From the IMG/VR virus record IMGVR_UViG_3300027983_000014, positions 1-63,015 of that record: DNA of 63,015 bases; one strand, given 5' to 3'. Under the pieces are notes generated by a model that searched no databases, had not been told where the DNA came from, and saw only the letters and a program-made list of their open reading frames with translations. The translations under genes and the position numbers were made by a program. This document shows positions 47,937 to 57,167 of this stretch, piece by piece. Positions within the stretch are counted from its first letter, which is position 1, and every line of letters begins with the position of its first letter. The stretch is from a virus (Duplodnaviria; Caudoviricetes).

Positions 47937-48163
47937 AAGGCTCCCATCCGCTTCATGTCGTCGACCATCGCCTGAAGCTCGTCCACGTTGTCCGGCTGCA
48001 TCTCAATGAACTCCATGTCATCGACCTGAGCCATCTCGTCTTTGAAGATTTGATTGTAAAGCTCAGGACTGTTAGCGAACACAAGCCCTTTGAACTCAGC
48101 GTCGCTGGTCTCGAACTGAGACTCATCTTCCTTACGAATAAGGAACGAGAGCAGCTTGGACAT
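47933..48163 (-). CDS. Tail assembly chaperone (second)
   Basis: Lies between the first chaperone and the tape measure gene; acidic. Confidence 0.55.
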   Translation of the reverse strand: MSKLLSFLIRKEDESQFETSDAEFKGLVFANSPELYNQIFKDEMAQVDDMEFIEMQPDNVDELQAMVDDMKRMGAF

Positions 48164-48171
48164 TAGGGAGT

Positions 48172-48714
48172 TTAGTCCTCCAGAAGATCCAGCGTTTCGT
48201 CCGCCTTCTCCGAATCCGGCTCCGAATCGCCCTTGTCTGTCGAGGAATCTGCAAAGGGCGTAAACATAGGCAGGTTCCCTTGCGATAAATCCTCTGCTGC
48301 TTGCATGGCTTCAGATTGTCGCTCTTGGAGATCGGTATAAGTCTGGAAGACAGCCGCTGCAACTGGCCAGAACCAATTCTGCGTAATGTATTTGAAACGC
48401 GCTCTGGCGTAAGCCATACGGTCTGGACCGGCCTGAGGACAAAAGGACTCGTTGCCGTCAACAGAAACCAAAGCAAGACTGATAACTGCCCATACCCACG
48501 CTCGGGACTGCCCCAGAGTCTCAACGTACTCCTTCATGAGGGCGGAAGCCATAAGCTCTTCGTCGCCGCGCAATGTGCGGACCACAAAGCTGTGTCCGCA
48601 GAACTCAAGATCTTCCTGTAGATGTCCGAGCCAAATCAGACCGTCAACGGCCTGCTGAGTCTCTGGCGGGAACTGTGCCAGACCTTCAGGTTCCTGTACT
48701 TCACTTGTCTCCAT
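48172..48714 (-). CDS. Tail assembly chaperone
   Basis: Follows the tube gene; GHSFVVRTL...LVSVDG. Confidence 0.65.
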   Translation of the reverse strand: METSEVQEPEGLAQFPPETQQAVDGLIWLGHLQEDLEFCGHSFVVRTLRGDEELMASALMKEYVETLGQSRAWVWAVISLALVSVDGNESFCPQAGPDRMAYARARFKYITQNWFWPVAAAVFQTYTDLQERQSEAMQAAEDLSQGNLPMFTPFADSSTDKGDSEPDSEKADETLDLLED

Positions 48715-48756
48715 ATACTTTCCTTTATGCTCCGTTTTAGGAGCTTATCTTTTATA

Positions 48757-49416
48757 TCAGGAGTAAGACTTCGGCTGAGGAGAGACGTTGCTTTCCGCAT
48801 CACCCAGTTGGTTACCGGCGAGCAGGTGGTTCCTGCCGCTGCGCGTTAGGTGGGTGTAGTTTACGACAATCTGCTTCAGGACTTCCATGGTCCCGACTTC
48901 AATCGTTTCGCCATCCTGAAGTTGCGAAATGACGCAGTTCCTGTACTCTTCTGTGTAGTAGCCAAGTGCGTTCCCCACCGCCGGGTTGAGACCGACAGCA
49001 CGGTTGGGCGGCTTGATGTACTTGATAATGTTGATTGGAGTACCAAGGCGGGCGACATTGTCAAAAATACCAGCAAGATCTACAGGACCGCTAGTCTCGT
49101 TGCCCGGACTTGTGTTCAAATATCCAGCAAGGCGCTCCCAAACATTTGATCCGTAAAGCTCGTAAAGCTCAAGCGTGAGCGTACCCATGCTTGTCGCCTG
49201 TGGGGTCACAAGCTCGACCGGGTACGGAGTATCCATCGGGTGGATCGGCACAGTGCCCGGACCGACAGGGGCAGGGGACTGATGGCTGATCTGACGAGCG
49301 TACAGAATGGGACTTCCATCCCACCAGAATACGGTGAATCCAGAGCCGCCAACGCGAGCGCGTGTGCTGTTGCTGATGCCCCCCGTGAAAGACCCGTTTC
49401 CTGTGGGAAATGCCAT
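48757..49416 (-). CDS. Tail tube protein
   Basis: Follows the sheath gene; P.ELVTP...GTLTL...Y.NCVI. Confidence 0.75.
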   Translation of the reverse strand: MAFPTGNGSFTGGISNSTRARVGGSGFTVFWWDGSPILYARQISHQSPAPVGPGTVPIHPMDTPYPVELVTPQATSMGTLTLELYELYGSNVWERLAGYLNTSPGNETSGPVDLAGIFDNVARLGTPINIIKYIKPPNRAVGLNPAVGNALGYYTEEYRNCVISQLQDGETIEVGTMEVLKQIVVNYTHLTRSGRNHLLAGNQLGDAESNVSPQPKSYS

Positions 49417-50909
49417 TAGCCGACCTCAGCAGTTGTGTTCGTAGTTGTAAGCGACCCGGTATTAAGATTGAGCGAGAACCCAACATTGATGTAATTGACC
49501 GGGAAGGCGGGCCGGTAAGAGAACCGTACCTCGATGGTTGTTGGATCCAAGGACAATGTGCGAGCCTGAACATCACCGAAATCCACAATGTCCTTGACGA
49601 AGCGCAAGTTGCTCAGTACACTGATAACGGCGGTTCGTACTACCGTAGGGGCGGCGCTATCAGCGATGACCTTGCCGATAACCTGAGTCTCCAGCGTGTC
49701 GCGCACCGACTCGATGACACGATGCTTGGCGCGGACAATTGAGATCTCACGGGTGGCAGACCCTCCGGCAGTGTCCAAAGTGATTCCGTGACGGATGAGT
49801 ACCGACCGACCGCGCTGTTCGATTACAGTCAGGCCAACCTCAGCATCAGCGTTCTTGTCAGCTTTGGACCGGTAATCGGCGACTGACTGGAAGCCAGAAA
49901 GGCGCTTACGGGTGAGCGGAGCCGATACGGGCTGAGCAGCAAGCACCCCAGCGATTGCGGCAGCCACATACTGGCCGCCAACATGGATCGTCCCGCTGAT
50001 GGCGGGAGTCGACCTAGTGAACTTGGATGGGGATACGAAAACCATCTGCTCAGATATTTCGCCGTTATAGCGAGAAGCGACCGTGCTAGCGTGCGTGCGG
50101 ATCGTTTCCTGTTGAGCCACAGATGAAGACGCCGAAGAGTCTTCGCCGACAACGCCGATGATGTACTGCTGCTCGGTCTTCATAAACTTGATGTGGTCCT
50201 GAAGCGTCTGGATAACGGACAGTTGTGTCGAATCGCCAACGCTAGCGTGCGACTGACCAATGATTGGGACAATGATATTAATGTCAACAAGGTCTCTTAG
50301 GGCTTCGTAATTAGAAGCCCATGTTGTGGCTGAAGCGGCTTGGCCATCAGCGGGCGACTGACGAGTTCCGCTATTGTTGTAAAAGAGCGGGAGCAGCGTT
50401 AGCTCTTGGGCGCCGTTTTCAAATGCGATCTGAGCCGCGTATGTCAAGCGAGAATTAATCTCTGTTCCGGCATCGTTGTAGGCTGTGCCAAAGCGATCTT
50501 CAATGTCGGACAGGGTGTTAAGCTTGATCGGGAAGTAGTAGTCGGCAGGAGTGAACGTATAGGTAACGTAAACGGTGGCTCCATCAGGGATGTCACCGTC
50601 TTCATCACGGGCCAGAGTATGAGCAGAGGCGTCAAGATCCCAGTCGTCGTCACTGACATAACCCTCCGGAGCTAGGCCCGGGTTGGTTGCGTCCATGACT
50701 GAAACAATCGACCCAGAGGTCATGGTCGCATCGACGGGAGCGCTCGGTAGCACCACGGCTGTCTCGCCAGCCAGAGTGATAACATCAGTGCGCTGCTGAG
50801 TCCCTTGGGCCTGTCCGATAATACAAACGTTTGCAGGGGCAGCTAGCAGCGGATTGATCACCGGCTCGGTGAACTCGGTTACTTTTACGCCCGGTGGTGT
50901 ATAAGCCAT
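49416..50909 (-). CDS. Tail sheath protein
   Basis: MAY.PPGV.V.E; AAAIAG; PLTRK.L.GF; IRHGIT; EISIVR; Y.PAFPVNYI.V.F. Confidence 0.92.
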   Translation of the reverse strand: MAYTPPGVKVTEFTEPVINPLLAAPANVCIIGQAQGTQQRTDVITLAGETAVVLPSAPVDATMTSGSIVSVMDATNPGLAPEGYVSDDDWDLDASAHTLARDEDGDIPDGATVYVTYTFTPADYYFPIKLNTLSDIEDRFGTAYNDAGTEINSRLTYAAQIAFENGAQELTLLPLFYNNSGTRQSPADGQAASATTWASNYEALRDLVDINIIVPIIGQSHASVGDSTQLSVIQTLQDHIKFMKTEQQYIIGVVGEDSSASSSVAQQETIRTHASTVASRYNGEISEQMVFVSPSKFTRSTPAISGTIHVGGQYVAAAIAGVLAAQPVSAPLTRKRLSGFQSVADYRSKADKNADAEVGLTVIEQRGRSVLIRHGITLDTAGGSATREISIVRAKHRVIESVRDTLETQVIGKVIADSAAPTVVRTAVISVLSNLRFVKDIVDFGDVQARTLSLDPTTIEVRFSYRPAFPVNYINVGFSLNLNTGSLTTTNTTAEVG

Positions 50910-50962
50910 CTAGTCTTTACCTTGTAGAGGATCATCATAAGATAGGTCATCATTCTGATTTG

Positions 50963-51697
50963 CTATCCCGATGGAAATTCGTTTAGCGGGTCGTTAAGAA
51001 CCGGCGTCCATTCGCCTCCGTCGCCGACATCTCCGGTAGGGACTTCTTCCGGACCTTCTAGATACGGATACGCCAAGACCTGCTCGATGAACGGAGCTGG
51101 TAGGTCTGGGGGCAAACTATAGAATTCGCCGAACACCGGGATGCGATAATTGGACAAGTAGAGCAGGTCGTCTTCGCTCTGCCACGGCACATTCTGCTGT
51201 GTCTCTCCAAAGCCCATAATGTTGTCAGAATTGATGTTGATGTAGTGACTGGCCGAGTCTGGGTATTGTTGCTGGTTGCTCGTGTAAATTCGACTAAAGA
51301 AGCGATTGGTGTAGGCTTCTAAGTCGCCCATGGCAATTGTTTGCACGAGGCTGTCAGTGATGAGGTCGCGATCTAAAGACGACAGAGAGTAAGTCGCAAG
51401 CTCGATGTCGCCCTTATAGAAATAGTGTTTGAATTTGAACGTCCCGGCGTAGCTTCCATCCGCGTTGCTTAGCTGGATCAGCTCTTCATGTCCGATCCCG
51501 GCGTTTATGATCTCTTTTTCAAAGAAACGAACAATGACTGAAGGGTAGTCTGATTCGGTTCTAGGAAAGTCAATAGTCACCTTGGTGCGGGCTAGATGCT
51601 CGTCTACGTGGTGATCAAAAACGTCACGCAGAGCATCTACTGCCGCCGTTTTGATATACGTTTTGTACTTGATGGTTTGTTGAGGTAAATAATTCAT
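50963..51697 (-). CDS. Tail terminator/neck protein
   Basis: Immediately upstream of the sheath gene; YPSVIV motif. Confidence 0.55.
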   Translation of the reverse strand: MNYLPQQTIKYKTYIKTAAVDALRDVFDHHVDEHLARTKVTIDFPRTESDYPSVIVRFFEKEIINAGIGHEELIQLSNADGSYAGTFKFKHYFYKGDIELATYSLSSLDRDLITDSLVQTIAMGDLEAYTNRFFSRIYTSNQQQYPDSASHYININSDNIMGFGETQQNVPWQSEDDLLYLSNYRIPVFGEFYSLPPDLPAPFIEQVLAYPYLEGPEEVPTGDVGDGGEWTPVLNDPLNEFPSG

Positions 51698-52584
51698 CGG
51701 TCGACGTTGACATCATAAAGGACATGTTGACGCGGAAGCAGGACCATTTGGAACCCTTGGTTGATGACATAGCGGTTTCCTAGGTCTCCGCCATATTCTT
51801 GGCTCCCTCGATGGTCAAGCCCACGGAGCGAGACCGGATTGACCATCTTTGCCTGATACCTTTCGAAAGTGTCAACAATGTCGCCACTGCTGTCAAGTTC
51901 GACATGGATTATGAGATCATTATCGTTAATGTCAGGCCACCACAGAGATTGCGCAGTCGCGGTCTGGATGCGCACAAGGACCCCCTCTGGAGTATGCTTG
52001 TAAAAGTCTTCAGCAACGTCAGGCTCGACGATGTAAGTCAAATATCCCGGCCCATAACCTCTGTACTTGGGGGCCTTGGTTCCTCCGGGCACATTTAATT
52101 CAGAGGTATAAATCGTCCCGTTGGTGTTGATATATTCGTTCTCAGATTTAAGCATTGAGACATACCCAGTACCGAGAGAAAGCGGGTCACGGTTGCGCGT
52201 TTGCCCATAAACGTCGTTGAAGTTAGGAGACTTTTCGGCGACCCCAAGGTTTGCGTCGCGATCCGTGAACATCCGTTTGATGATTACGGGGGTCCCCATT
52301 CGCCGCATCGTTTCGCTTGAGGAGCGCCTCAGCCGCTTGATGTCACCGGGCACGTTTGGCTCCCCGACATACCGGAGCACCCTAAACACTCCCTGAGGAT
52401 GCCTGCGGACCTGAAGCCCTTGTACGACAAACGTCCCGGAGGATGTCATGGTCGGCATGCTGCTGGGCGCGCCAACAAGCATTTCCGCCTCTGCCACAAG
52501 GTCCGAAGACCGAGTTTGGTTTCCCCCTACGAAAAGTCCAGACTCCCCGCTAAGTGGTTCCAGTGCCGTCCCGTACTCAGTCAT
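51694..52584 (-). CDS. Head-tail joining (neck) protein
   Basis: Position in the neck region. Confidence 0.5.
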   Translation of the reverse strand: MTEYGTALEPLSGESGLFVGGNQTRSSDLVAEAEMLVGAPSSMPTMTSSGTFVVQGLQVRRHPQGVFRVLRYVGEPNVPGDIKRLRRSSSETMRRMGTPVIIKRMFTDRDANLGVAEKSPNFNDVYGQTRNRDPLSLGTGYVSMLKSENEYINTNGTIYTSELNVPGGTKAPKYRGYGPGYLTYIVEPDVAEDFYKHTPEGVLVRIQTATAQSLWWPDINDNDLIIHVELDSSGDIVDTFERYQAKMVNPVSLRGLDHRGSQEYGGDLGNRYVINQGFQMVLLPRQHVLYDVNVDR

Positions 52585-52594
52585 TGGAGCGGGA

Positions 52595-52996
52595 TCAGTC
52601 TAGAGTCAGAGTTAGTCCACCTGAGGTAATACTGAACGAGTCGCCAGTGCCGACAGTGACACTAGCCGAAAGCGGCCCGTACCAGAGCAGATTGCCGCCA
52701 GTCAAGGCGTCGGATACGCCAACGGCGACGATGGTTCCCCAAGACCCGGTGGCGGATCCGGACGAAGGCCAATTGATGGCAGACGAATTGGCGATAGCTC
52801 CGTTAGAGGCGCTGCCCCAAGCAATTTGTTGGCGCGCATACCCATCGGAAGCCGTAACCTCGGTTCCAGATGCGCTGTCGCTAGGGGCGACAACATAAAG
52901 CGCCGCATAAGTGTCTGTGGGCTTAGTCCAAAGGGTCTTGCCCGTGGAGTGCTCTAGTAGAGCATTTTCAAGATAATTTGTTAGATTGCCAGCCAT
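52595..52996 (-). CDS. Small virion structural protein (paralogue of 53014-53421)
   Basis: GYARQ...ATGSWGTI..VG..DA.TGGNLLW..L...V..GD. Confidence 0.7.
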   Translation of the reverse strand: MAGNLTNYLENALLEHSTGKTLWTKPTDTYAALYVVAPSDSASGTEVTASDGYARQQIAWGSASNGAIANSSAINWPSSGSATGSWGTIVAVGVSDALTGGNLLWYGPLSASVTVGTGDSFSITSGGLTLTLD

Positions 52997-53013
52997 GGTC
53001 TGTCCATTACACG

Positions 53014-53421
53014 TCAGTCAAGTGCCAGTGTGAAGGGTCCGACAACCAACGTATCTCCATTAGCAACGGTGACCGGTTCATCGAAATAAGCAAACCAAGC
53101 TAAAACTCCTGCTGCTGTGTAGATCCCCACTCCGTCGACAGTGCCCCAGTCTGCGGTTGCTGCACCAAAGGTCACGCTTGACGAACGGGTTATAGAGCCG
53201 CCGCTTGCGGACCCCCAATTCCCAGCGGCAAGCTCTTCTCTATCGTATCCGTCTCCGGCCGGAAGCTCTCCCAGACTTGTGGTCCCAACGGAGACCCCTT
53301 CTACGTCGCCGCTTTTGAAAAGCAGTCCGGCAAGCATGATGTTATGGCTGTATTCGCCAACCCCTGTCAGATAGTTCAGAAGAACATTAGAATATGCGTT
53401 GGTAATGCCAGCCATTACCAA
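53014..53421 (-). CDS. Small virion structural protein (paralogue of 52595-52996)
   Basis: GYDRE...ATADWGTV...W...VTVANGDT. Confidence 0.7.
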   Translation of the reverse strand: MVMAGITNAYSNVLLNYLTGVGEYSHNIMLAGLLFKSGDVEGVSVGTTSLGELPAGDGYDREELAAGNWGSASGGSITRSSSVTFGAATADWGTVDGVGIYTAAGVLAWFAYFDEPVTVANGDTLVVGPFTLALD

Positions 53422-54263
53422 AATCCACGCCCTACATTCCGAGTCCGCATCGGAGCCGGGATAAGGCGCCCCGCCTTAGCAGAGACGAGCAGGCGGGACT
53501 GGCCGAGTCCGAGGAACCGGCGCTTGAATAGGGCCAAGATCCGCCTGTACTGCTCTTGCTCAATGGCGTAAACGGTTTGCCAGCGCTGGAGGTAGTCTCG
53601 ACGGTCATGCCATGCGATCTGTGCTCCAACCGGATTGGGCTGCTCAGCGTAAGAGCGCATTAGGTGCCGAAGCACCGCCATAAATACGGCTTGAGAGATG
53701 AGAGGAAGGTCCGCCGTTGCGTATGTCTCTGCCCCTCTTTGATGTACGAAAGCGCCTTCTCCGAGGTCGGTGGGAGGATGCTGGACGTTAATGTCGAATA
53801 GGGCTTCGCTGATAAATGCTTCCATCTTGTCCTTGTTGAAGTAGTTCAGCGTCATGTCGCGCAACCACGGACCCTCGTCTTCTGCGTCGAAACAGTCTTC
53901 CAGCTTTCTCCAAGCCGCGTCAGCAATAACCCAAGACGGAGAAGGAGAGGCATCATCGAAGGGGTCGGCGACCTCAAAGTCGGAGCGAGCCGACTGCCTC
54001 CCTTGCAGGGTCGTGAAAGCGGCTACGACTAAGTACTGTCCGACCTCGTCGGTCCCGTTCCACCGCAGGGTCCCGGTGCCGTCGTTTTCGACGGTCCCGA
54101 TAACCGGACCCACCTTAGTTTTGTCCGGCTTTTGGATCGTAAAGTTGACGCCAAGGACATTCGTTGTGATCTGCTCATCGTTGCTGTCATAGATGCCGAC
54201 ACTGATCTCAGCGGTGTCGTTGAGGCTAACCAGATTCTTTTCTCTGTCGTAACCGAGACTCAT
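53415..54263 (-). CDS. Head-tail adaptor-like protein with N-terminal Ig-like domain
   Basis: Position; beta-rich N-terminus, helical C-terminus. Confidence 0.55.
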   Translation of the reverse strand: MSLGYDREKNLVSLNDTAEISVGIYDSNDEQITTNVLGVNFTIQKPDKTKVGPVIGTVENDGTGTLRWNGTDEVGQYLVVAAFTTLQGRQSARSDFEVADPFDDASPSPSWVIADAAWRKLEDCFDAEDEGPWLRDMTLNYFNKDKMEAFISEALFDINVQHPPTDLGEGAFVHQRGAETYATADLPLISQAVFMAVLRHLMRSYAEQPNPVGAQIAWHDRRDYLQRWQTVYAIEQEQYRRILALFKRRFLGLGQSRLLVSAKAGRLIPAPMRTRNVGRGFW

Positions 54264-54302
54264 CGTAGATTACATGCTCGATGCGGTGCTATAACCTCTG
54301 AC

Positions 54303-54470
54303 ATGAAATGTGAAGATTGCGAAGGCAAAGGCCAGATTCGTGAAATGACCATTATGGGCGTGTCGCTATTTCGTTGTCCGGTGTGCCGGGGGACTGGGAC
54401 AGTCCATCGTGCACAGACACAGGCGCGTAGTGCGGATTCCGCATCTGCCAAGTCTGTACGCCCTGCTTAG
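54303..54470 (+). CDS. Small DnaJ-type zinc-finger protein (CxxCxGxG twice), leaderless
   Basis: MKCEDCEGKG...CPVCRGTG; TGC-TATAAC 7 nt before the ATG. Confidence 0.6.
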   Translation: MKCEDCEGKGQIREMTIMGVSLFRCPVCRGTGTVHRAQTQARSADSASAKSVRPA

Positions 54471-54714
54471 ACTCTTTTACGACGGTCAGCATAGGCTCGT
54501 TAATCGCTTCTGCGGTTAAAGTTCCCGTCTGCTTGAAGTGGCTGTCGTTTTCCGGAGTATCCTCAGCAAAAGCCGTCACAGCGTCGTAGGGGTCCCCTGA
54601 GACGACGCGAGGGATGTCGGTGGCAACGGGTCCAGATTCCATGTACTTGCGCACAGCAAGTGCTGCATTGCCCTGTGAGGGGACATAGATCGTGTACTTG
54701 GCCTTTGCCATCAC
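54352..54714 (-). CDS. Hypothetical protein
   Basis: ORF downstream of a terminator; 3' end overlaps the antisense zinc-finger gene. Confidence 0.55.
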   Translation of the reverse strand: MMAKAKYTIYVPSQGNAALAVRKYMESGPVATDIPRVVSGDPYDAVTAFAEDTPENDSHFKQTGTLTAEAINEPMLTVVKESKQGVQTWQMRNPHYAPVSVHDGLSQSPGTPDNEIATRP

Positions 54715-54738
54715 CTTTTATGGCGCAGGAGGCGGTAA

Positions 54739-54774
54739 CAAAAAGCCCCGCCGATAAGGGCGGGGCCTTTCTTT
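54739..54774. terminator. Intrinsic terminator, possibly bidirectional
   Basis: AAAAA-GCCCCGCC-loop-GGCGGGGC-CTTTCTTT. Confidence 0.75.
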
Positions 54775-54955
54775 ATTCGCCCTTCTTCCGGTGGCACGAA
54801 CAGCAACAGAGCGAACCACAATGCTCACATTCGACGTCGTCAGCCTCAAAGTCTGACGTTGCGTGATCAAACGACTCGCAACACTTGCAGACGTGATCAG
54901 ACTCGTGCAAATGAGTTCTTTTCAGATTGTTACCGGTCTGTTGAAAAAACTTCAT
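54773..54955 (-). CDS. Small Cys/His-rich protein
   Basis: CKCC, CEHC, CCCSCH. Confidence 0.55.
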   Translation of the reverse strand: MKFFQQTGNNLKRTHLHESDHVCKCCESFDHATSDFEADDVECEHCGSLCCCSCHRKKGE

Positions 54956-55110
54956 TCGTCGATACTTGCTTCAAGGCGCTTGATTTCAGCCTTATGTCGC
55001 TCAATCAGAACGTTTATCTGATGATTGTGTGACTGCACGACGGGATCGATGTCCTTAGTCGGGGCCTTAGGCTTTTCAGCGTTGACCTTCTTCTTCTTCT
55101 TAGGAGCCAT
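54952..55110 (-). CDS. Small hypothetical protein (52 aa, below the ORF-track cutoff)
   Basis: MAPKKKKVNAEKPK...KRLEASIDE; ATG directly after the upstream stop, ATGA overlap downstream. Confidence 0.6.
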   Translation of the reverse strand: MAPKKKKKVNAEKPKAPTKDIDPVVQSHNHQINVLIERHKAEIKRLEASIDE

Positions 55111-55755
55111 TTAATTCCTTTGCGTCGGCTGCACGCTTACATTGAAAGCCGAGCGGAGCGAATCTCCGTCCGCGTCACGAGCAAGCTGATCTAGCTGGCC
55201 CTCTGTGACTTCGTTACCACGGGCACCGGGAGGGGAAACAACCTCAGGAGATTCGCCGGAACTGCGAACGAGCTGATGGTTGTTCTGCGTGAAACGACCG
55301 TCTCCGGTGTTTTCCACTGTGGCCACTACCTCTCCCTGCTTTTCGAATACCTTCTCGACAGTGGCTTCGCCCTCATATGGCTTGCCGTACTCGTTGAGAA
55401 GCTGATCAAAAGCCGTAGGATTCACACTTTGGTTTGTGGCCTGCTTGTGTAGGATGTCTTGAGCCTGTTCAGATTCCAAGATCTCCCAGATCATGCCGAC
55501 GTTCTCGATAACGCGAGCGTCATCCATCTCGTCCTTGGTCAGCGAGGCCATGTCGCCGCGCTCTCCACGAGGCTTCAGCTCAATGCGTCGGCCATTCTCT
55601 AGAGTACACCGGACAATGATGTTCCGGATGTTGCGAACGAACTTCGCGACATTCTTCTTCTTAGGAGCCGCCTTCCTAGGGGCGGGCCTGTTAGCTGCAA
55701 CCGGGCGTTCTGGGGTTGCGGCTTTTCCTCTGGGTGTTACTTTCTTCGGTGCCAT
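55111..55755 (-). CDS. Hypothetical protein downstream of the capsid genes
   Basis: AAGGAG RBS; basic N-terminus. Confidence 0.7.
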   Translation of the reverse strand: MAPKKVTPRGKAATPERPVAANRPAPRKAAPKKKNVAKFVRNIRNIIVRCTLENGRRIELKPRGERGDMASLTKDEMDDARVIENVGMIWEILESEQAQDILHKQATNQSVNPTAFDQLLNEYGKPYEGEATVEKVFEKQGEVVATVENTGDGRFTQNNHQLVRSSGESPEVVSPPGARGNEVTEGQLDQLARDADGDSLRSAFNVSVQPTQRN

Positions 55756-55873
55756 TTGGCACTCCTTTCCCTTGTCAATATAGAACTGGGCTTGGTGACC
55801 TTGCGGTCCTTACTGATTACTTGACGGAGACCGGGCTAAATATAACGGTTGCCCTTTCTGCTATAATGTGGTT

Positions 55874-56092
55874 ATGCATAGATTCATTGCTTATGTCGAT
55901 GATCAAAAGATCTACGGTGGCCGCTCGCTAGAAACAGCGGTCAAGTTGGCGCACGCTCAAAGCCGCGAAGGCAAGCACAATGTGATCGTATACGACAACG
56001 ATTACGCCGACGACGGGATCGGCGCTGTATATGTCGACCGCTGGGATCAGTCCGATATCGATAAATACAAGCGCGATCACCCTCCAGCTTGA
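55874..56092 (+). CDS. Hypothetical protein, leaderless
   Basis: TGC-TATAAT-6 nt-ATG. Confidence 0.6.
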   Translation: MHRFIAYVDDQKIYGGRSLETAVKLAHAQSREGKHNVIVYDNDYADDGIGAVYVDRWDQSDIDKYKRDHPPA

Positions 56093-56117
56093 CTTATAGG
56101 CCTGCCCCTGCTATAAT
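56089..56117 (+). promoter_or_regulatory. Near-consensus promoter TTGACT-17-TATAAT (TG-extended)
   Basis: ATG 6 nt downstream. Confidence 0.75.
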
Positions 56118-56123
56118 ATGCTT

Positions 56124-56399
56124 ATGAGCAACGCAGACAAGGAGAACGAAATGGACCTCACCCAAACGATGACCACAACGCAACTCGCGATCCCAGAGGG
56201 GTTCAAGACCGGCACGGCAGGACGGCAAGGCAAGAAGGTTCACATCGCCTACCCGAATACGCCCGACCCGACACGCCCGCAGCATTATCGCGCAGTCTGC
56301 GATCAGTGGCTTGACCTCCATCACTTCGTCGAGCCGACCGACGCATCGATCTGTAACCGATGCCTGCAATCCCGATGCCTGCCGATTACAAATGCGTGA
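56124..56399 (+). CDS. Hypothetical protein with H...C...CxxC motif
   Basis: Leaderless ATG, or AAGGAG-preceded ATG at 56151. Confidence 0.6.
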   Translation: MSNADKENEMDLTQTMTTTQLAIPEGFKTGTAGRQGKKVHIAYPNTPDPTRPQHYRAVCDQWLDLHHFVEPTDASICNRCLQSRCLPITNA

Positions 56400-56724
56400 T
56401 AACTACTGGGACCTAGTGGACTCCGACCCTCGGCCGTGGTCACGCGATCAAAAGATCCTCTTCTGGTGGGTGGCCTTGCTGCTGCATAAGGTTGTCCAAG
56501 GCGGAATCATTGCCGCCCCTGATCCGGCCCCTCTCAAAGACGATGAGGTCGTTCAGGTTTTCAATGAACTCCTCCCCAAGGAAGGTACAAACGAGCGTAG
56601 CTACTTGGACGTGATCTGGGTTTACAAAAACCAAACTGTCATCATCCCCACTTCGGAAGGCAACATGGCTACCATCAAAAGCGGCAAGATCGAAGTAAAT
56701 TTCTTACTGAACCTTGCGCTCTAA
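56392..56724 (+). CDS. Hypothetical protein
   Basis: Coupled ORF (MRDNYW...). Confidence 0.5.
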   Translation: MRDNYWDLVDSDPRPWSRDQKILFWWVALLLHKVVQGGIIAAPDPAPLKDDEVVQVFNELLPKEGTNERSYLDVIWVYKNQTVIIPTSEGNMATIKSGKIEVNFLLNLAL

Positions 56725-56755
56725 AGTTCAGTAACAGAGATTCTTACTGAACCTT
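56701..56755. repeat. TTCTTACTGAACCTT direct repeat with an inverted core copy between
   Basis: Direct copies at 56701-56715 and 56741-56755; AAGTTCAGTAA at 56724-56734. Confidence 0.7.
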
Positions 56756-56841
56756 ACTCACACCGACAGGAGAACCATGATCATCAAGACCAACAAAGTC
56801 CACACAATCAAGATCAATGCTGACAGCATTGAGGATCAGCT

Positions 56842-57099
56842 ATGAGCGCGTTGTCAAATAGCGCAGCTCTATGGCTGCTCACCGCGTCCTGCGGCAACAA
56901 CGGAGGAGGCCTCCCGGACTGTGGCCACCTCTACGGGGAAACGGACTGCGGGCGCTCCTGCGAGGCTCCAGACGGAGAGCCGTGCCTGCACGGATACTTG
57001 GGCGCACGGGATAGTGCGGAAGCCCTAGGCTGGATCACCAACGAGGACAACGTCACGGATGCAGGAGTCGCCGCGATGGTGTCCATATCGTTAGTTTAG
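56842..57099 (+). CDS. Hypothetical Cys-containing protein
   Basis: ATGA-coupled to a 22-codon ORF (56777-56845) that has an AGGAG RBS. Confidence 0.5.
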   Translation: MSALSNSAALWLLTASCGNNGGGLPDCGHLYGETDCGRSCEAPDGEPCLHGYLGARDSAEALGWITNEDNVTDAGVAAMVSISLV

Positions 57100-57108
57100 C
57101 TCGCCCTA

Positions 57109-57143
57109 GAAACAAAAAGACCCCCGCTTTCGCGGGGGCCTTG
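57109..57143 (-). terminator. Intrinsic terminator after the major capsid gene
   Basis: GGCCCCCGC-GAAA-GCGGGGGTC-TTTTTGTTT on the minus strand. Confidence 0.85.
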
Positions 57144-57167
57144 AATGCGTCCTATTCAGCTATCTGC

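Noticed and set aside
47933-48310. Programmed -1 frameshift between the tail chaperones
   Set aside because: The -1 frame is open for about 48 codons, but I see no canonical in-frame X XXY YYZ heptamer, and the second gene has its own GGAGG and ATG. Unsupported rather than excluded.
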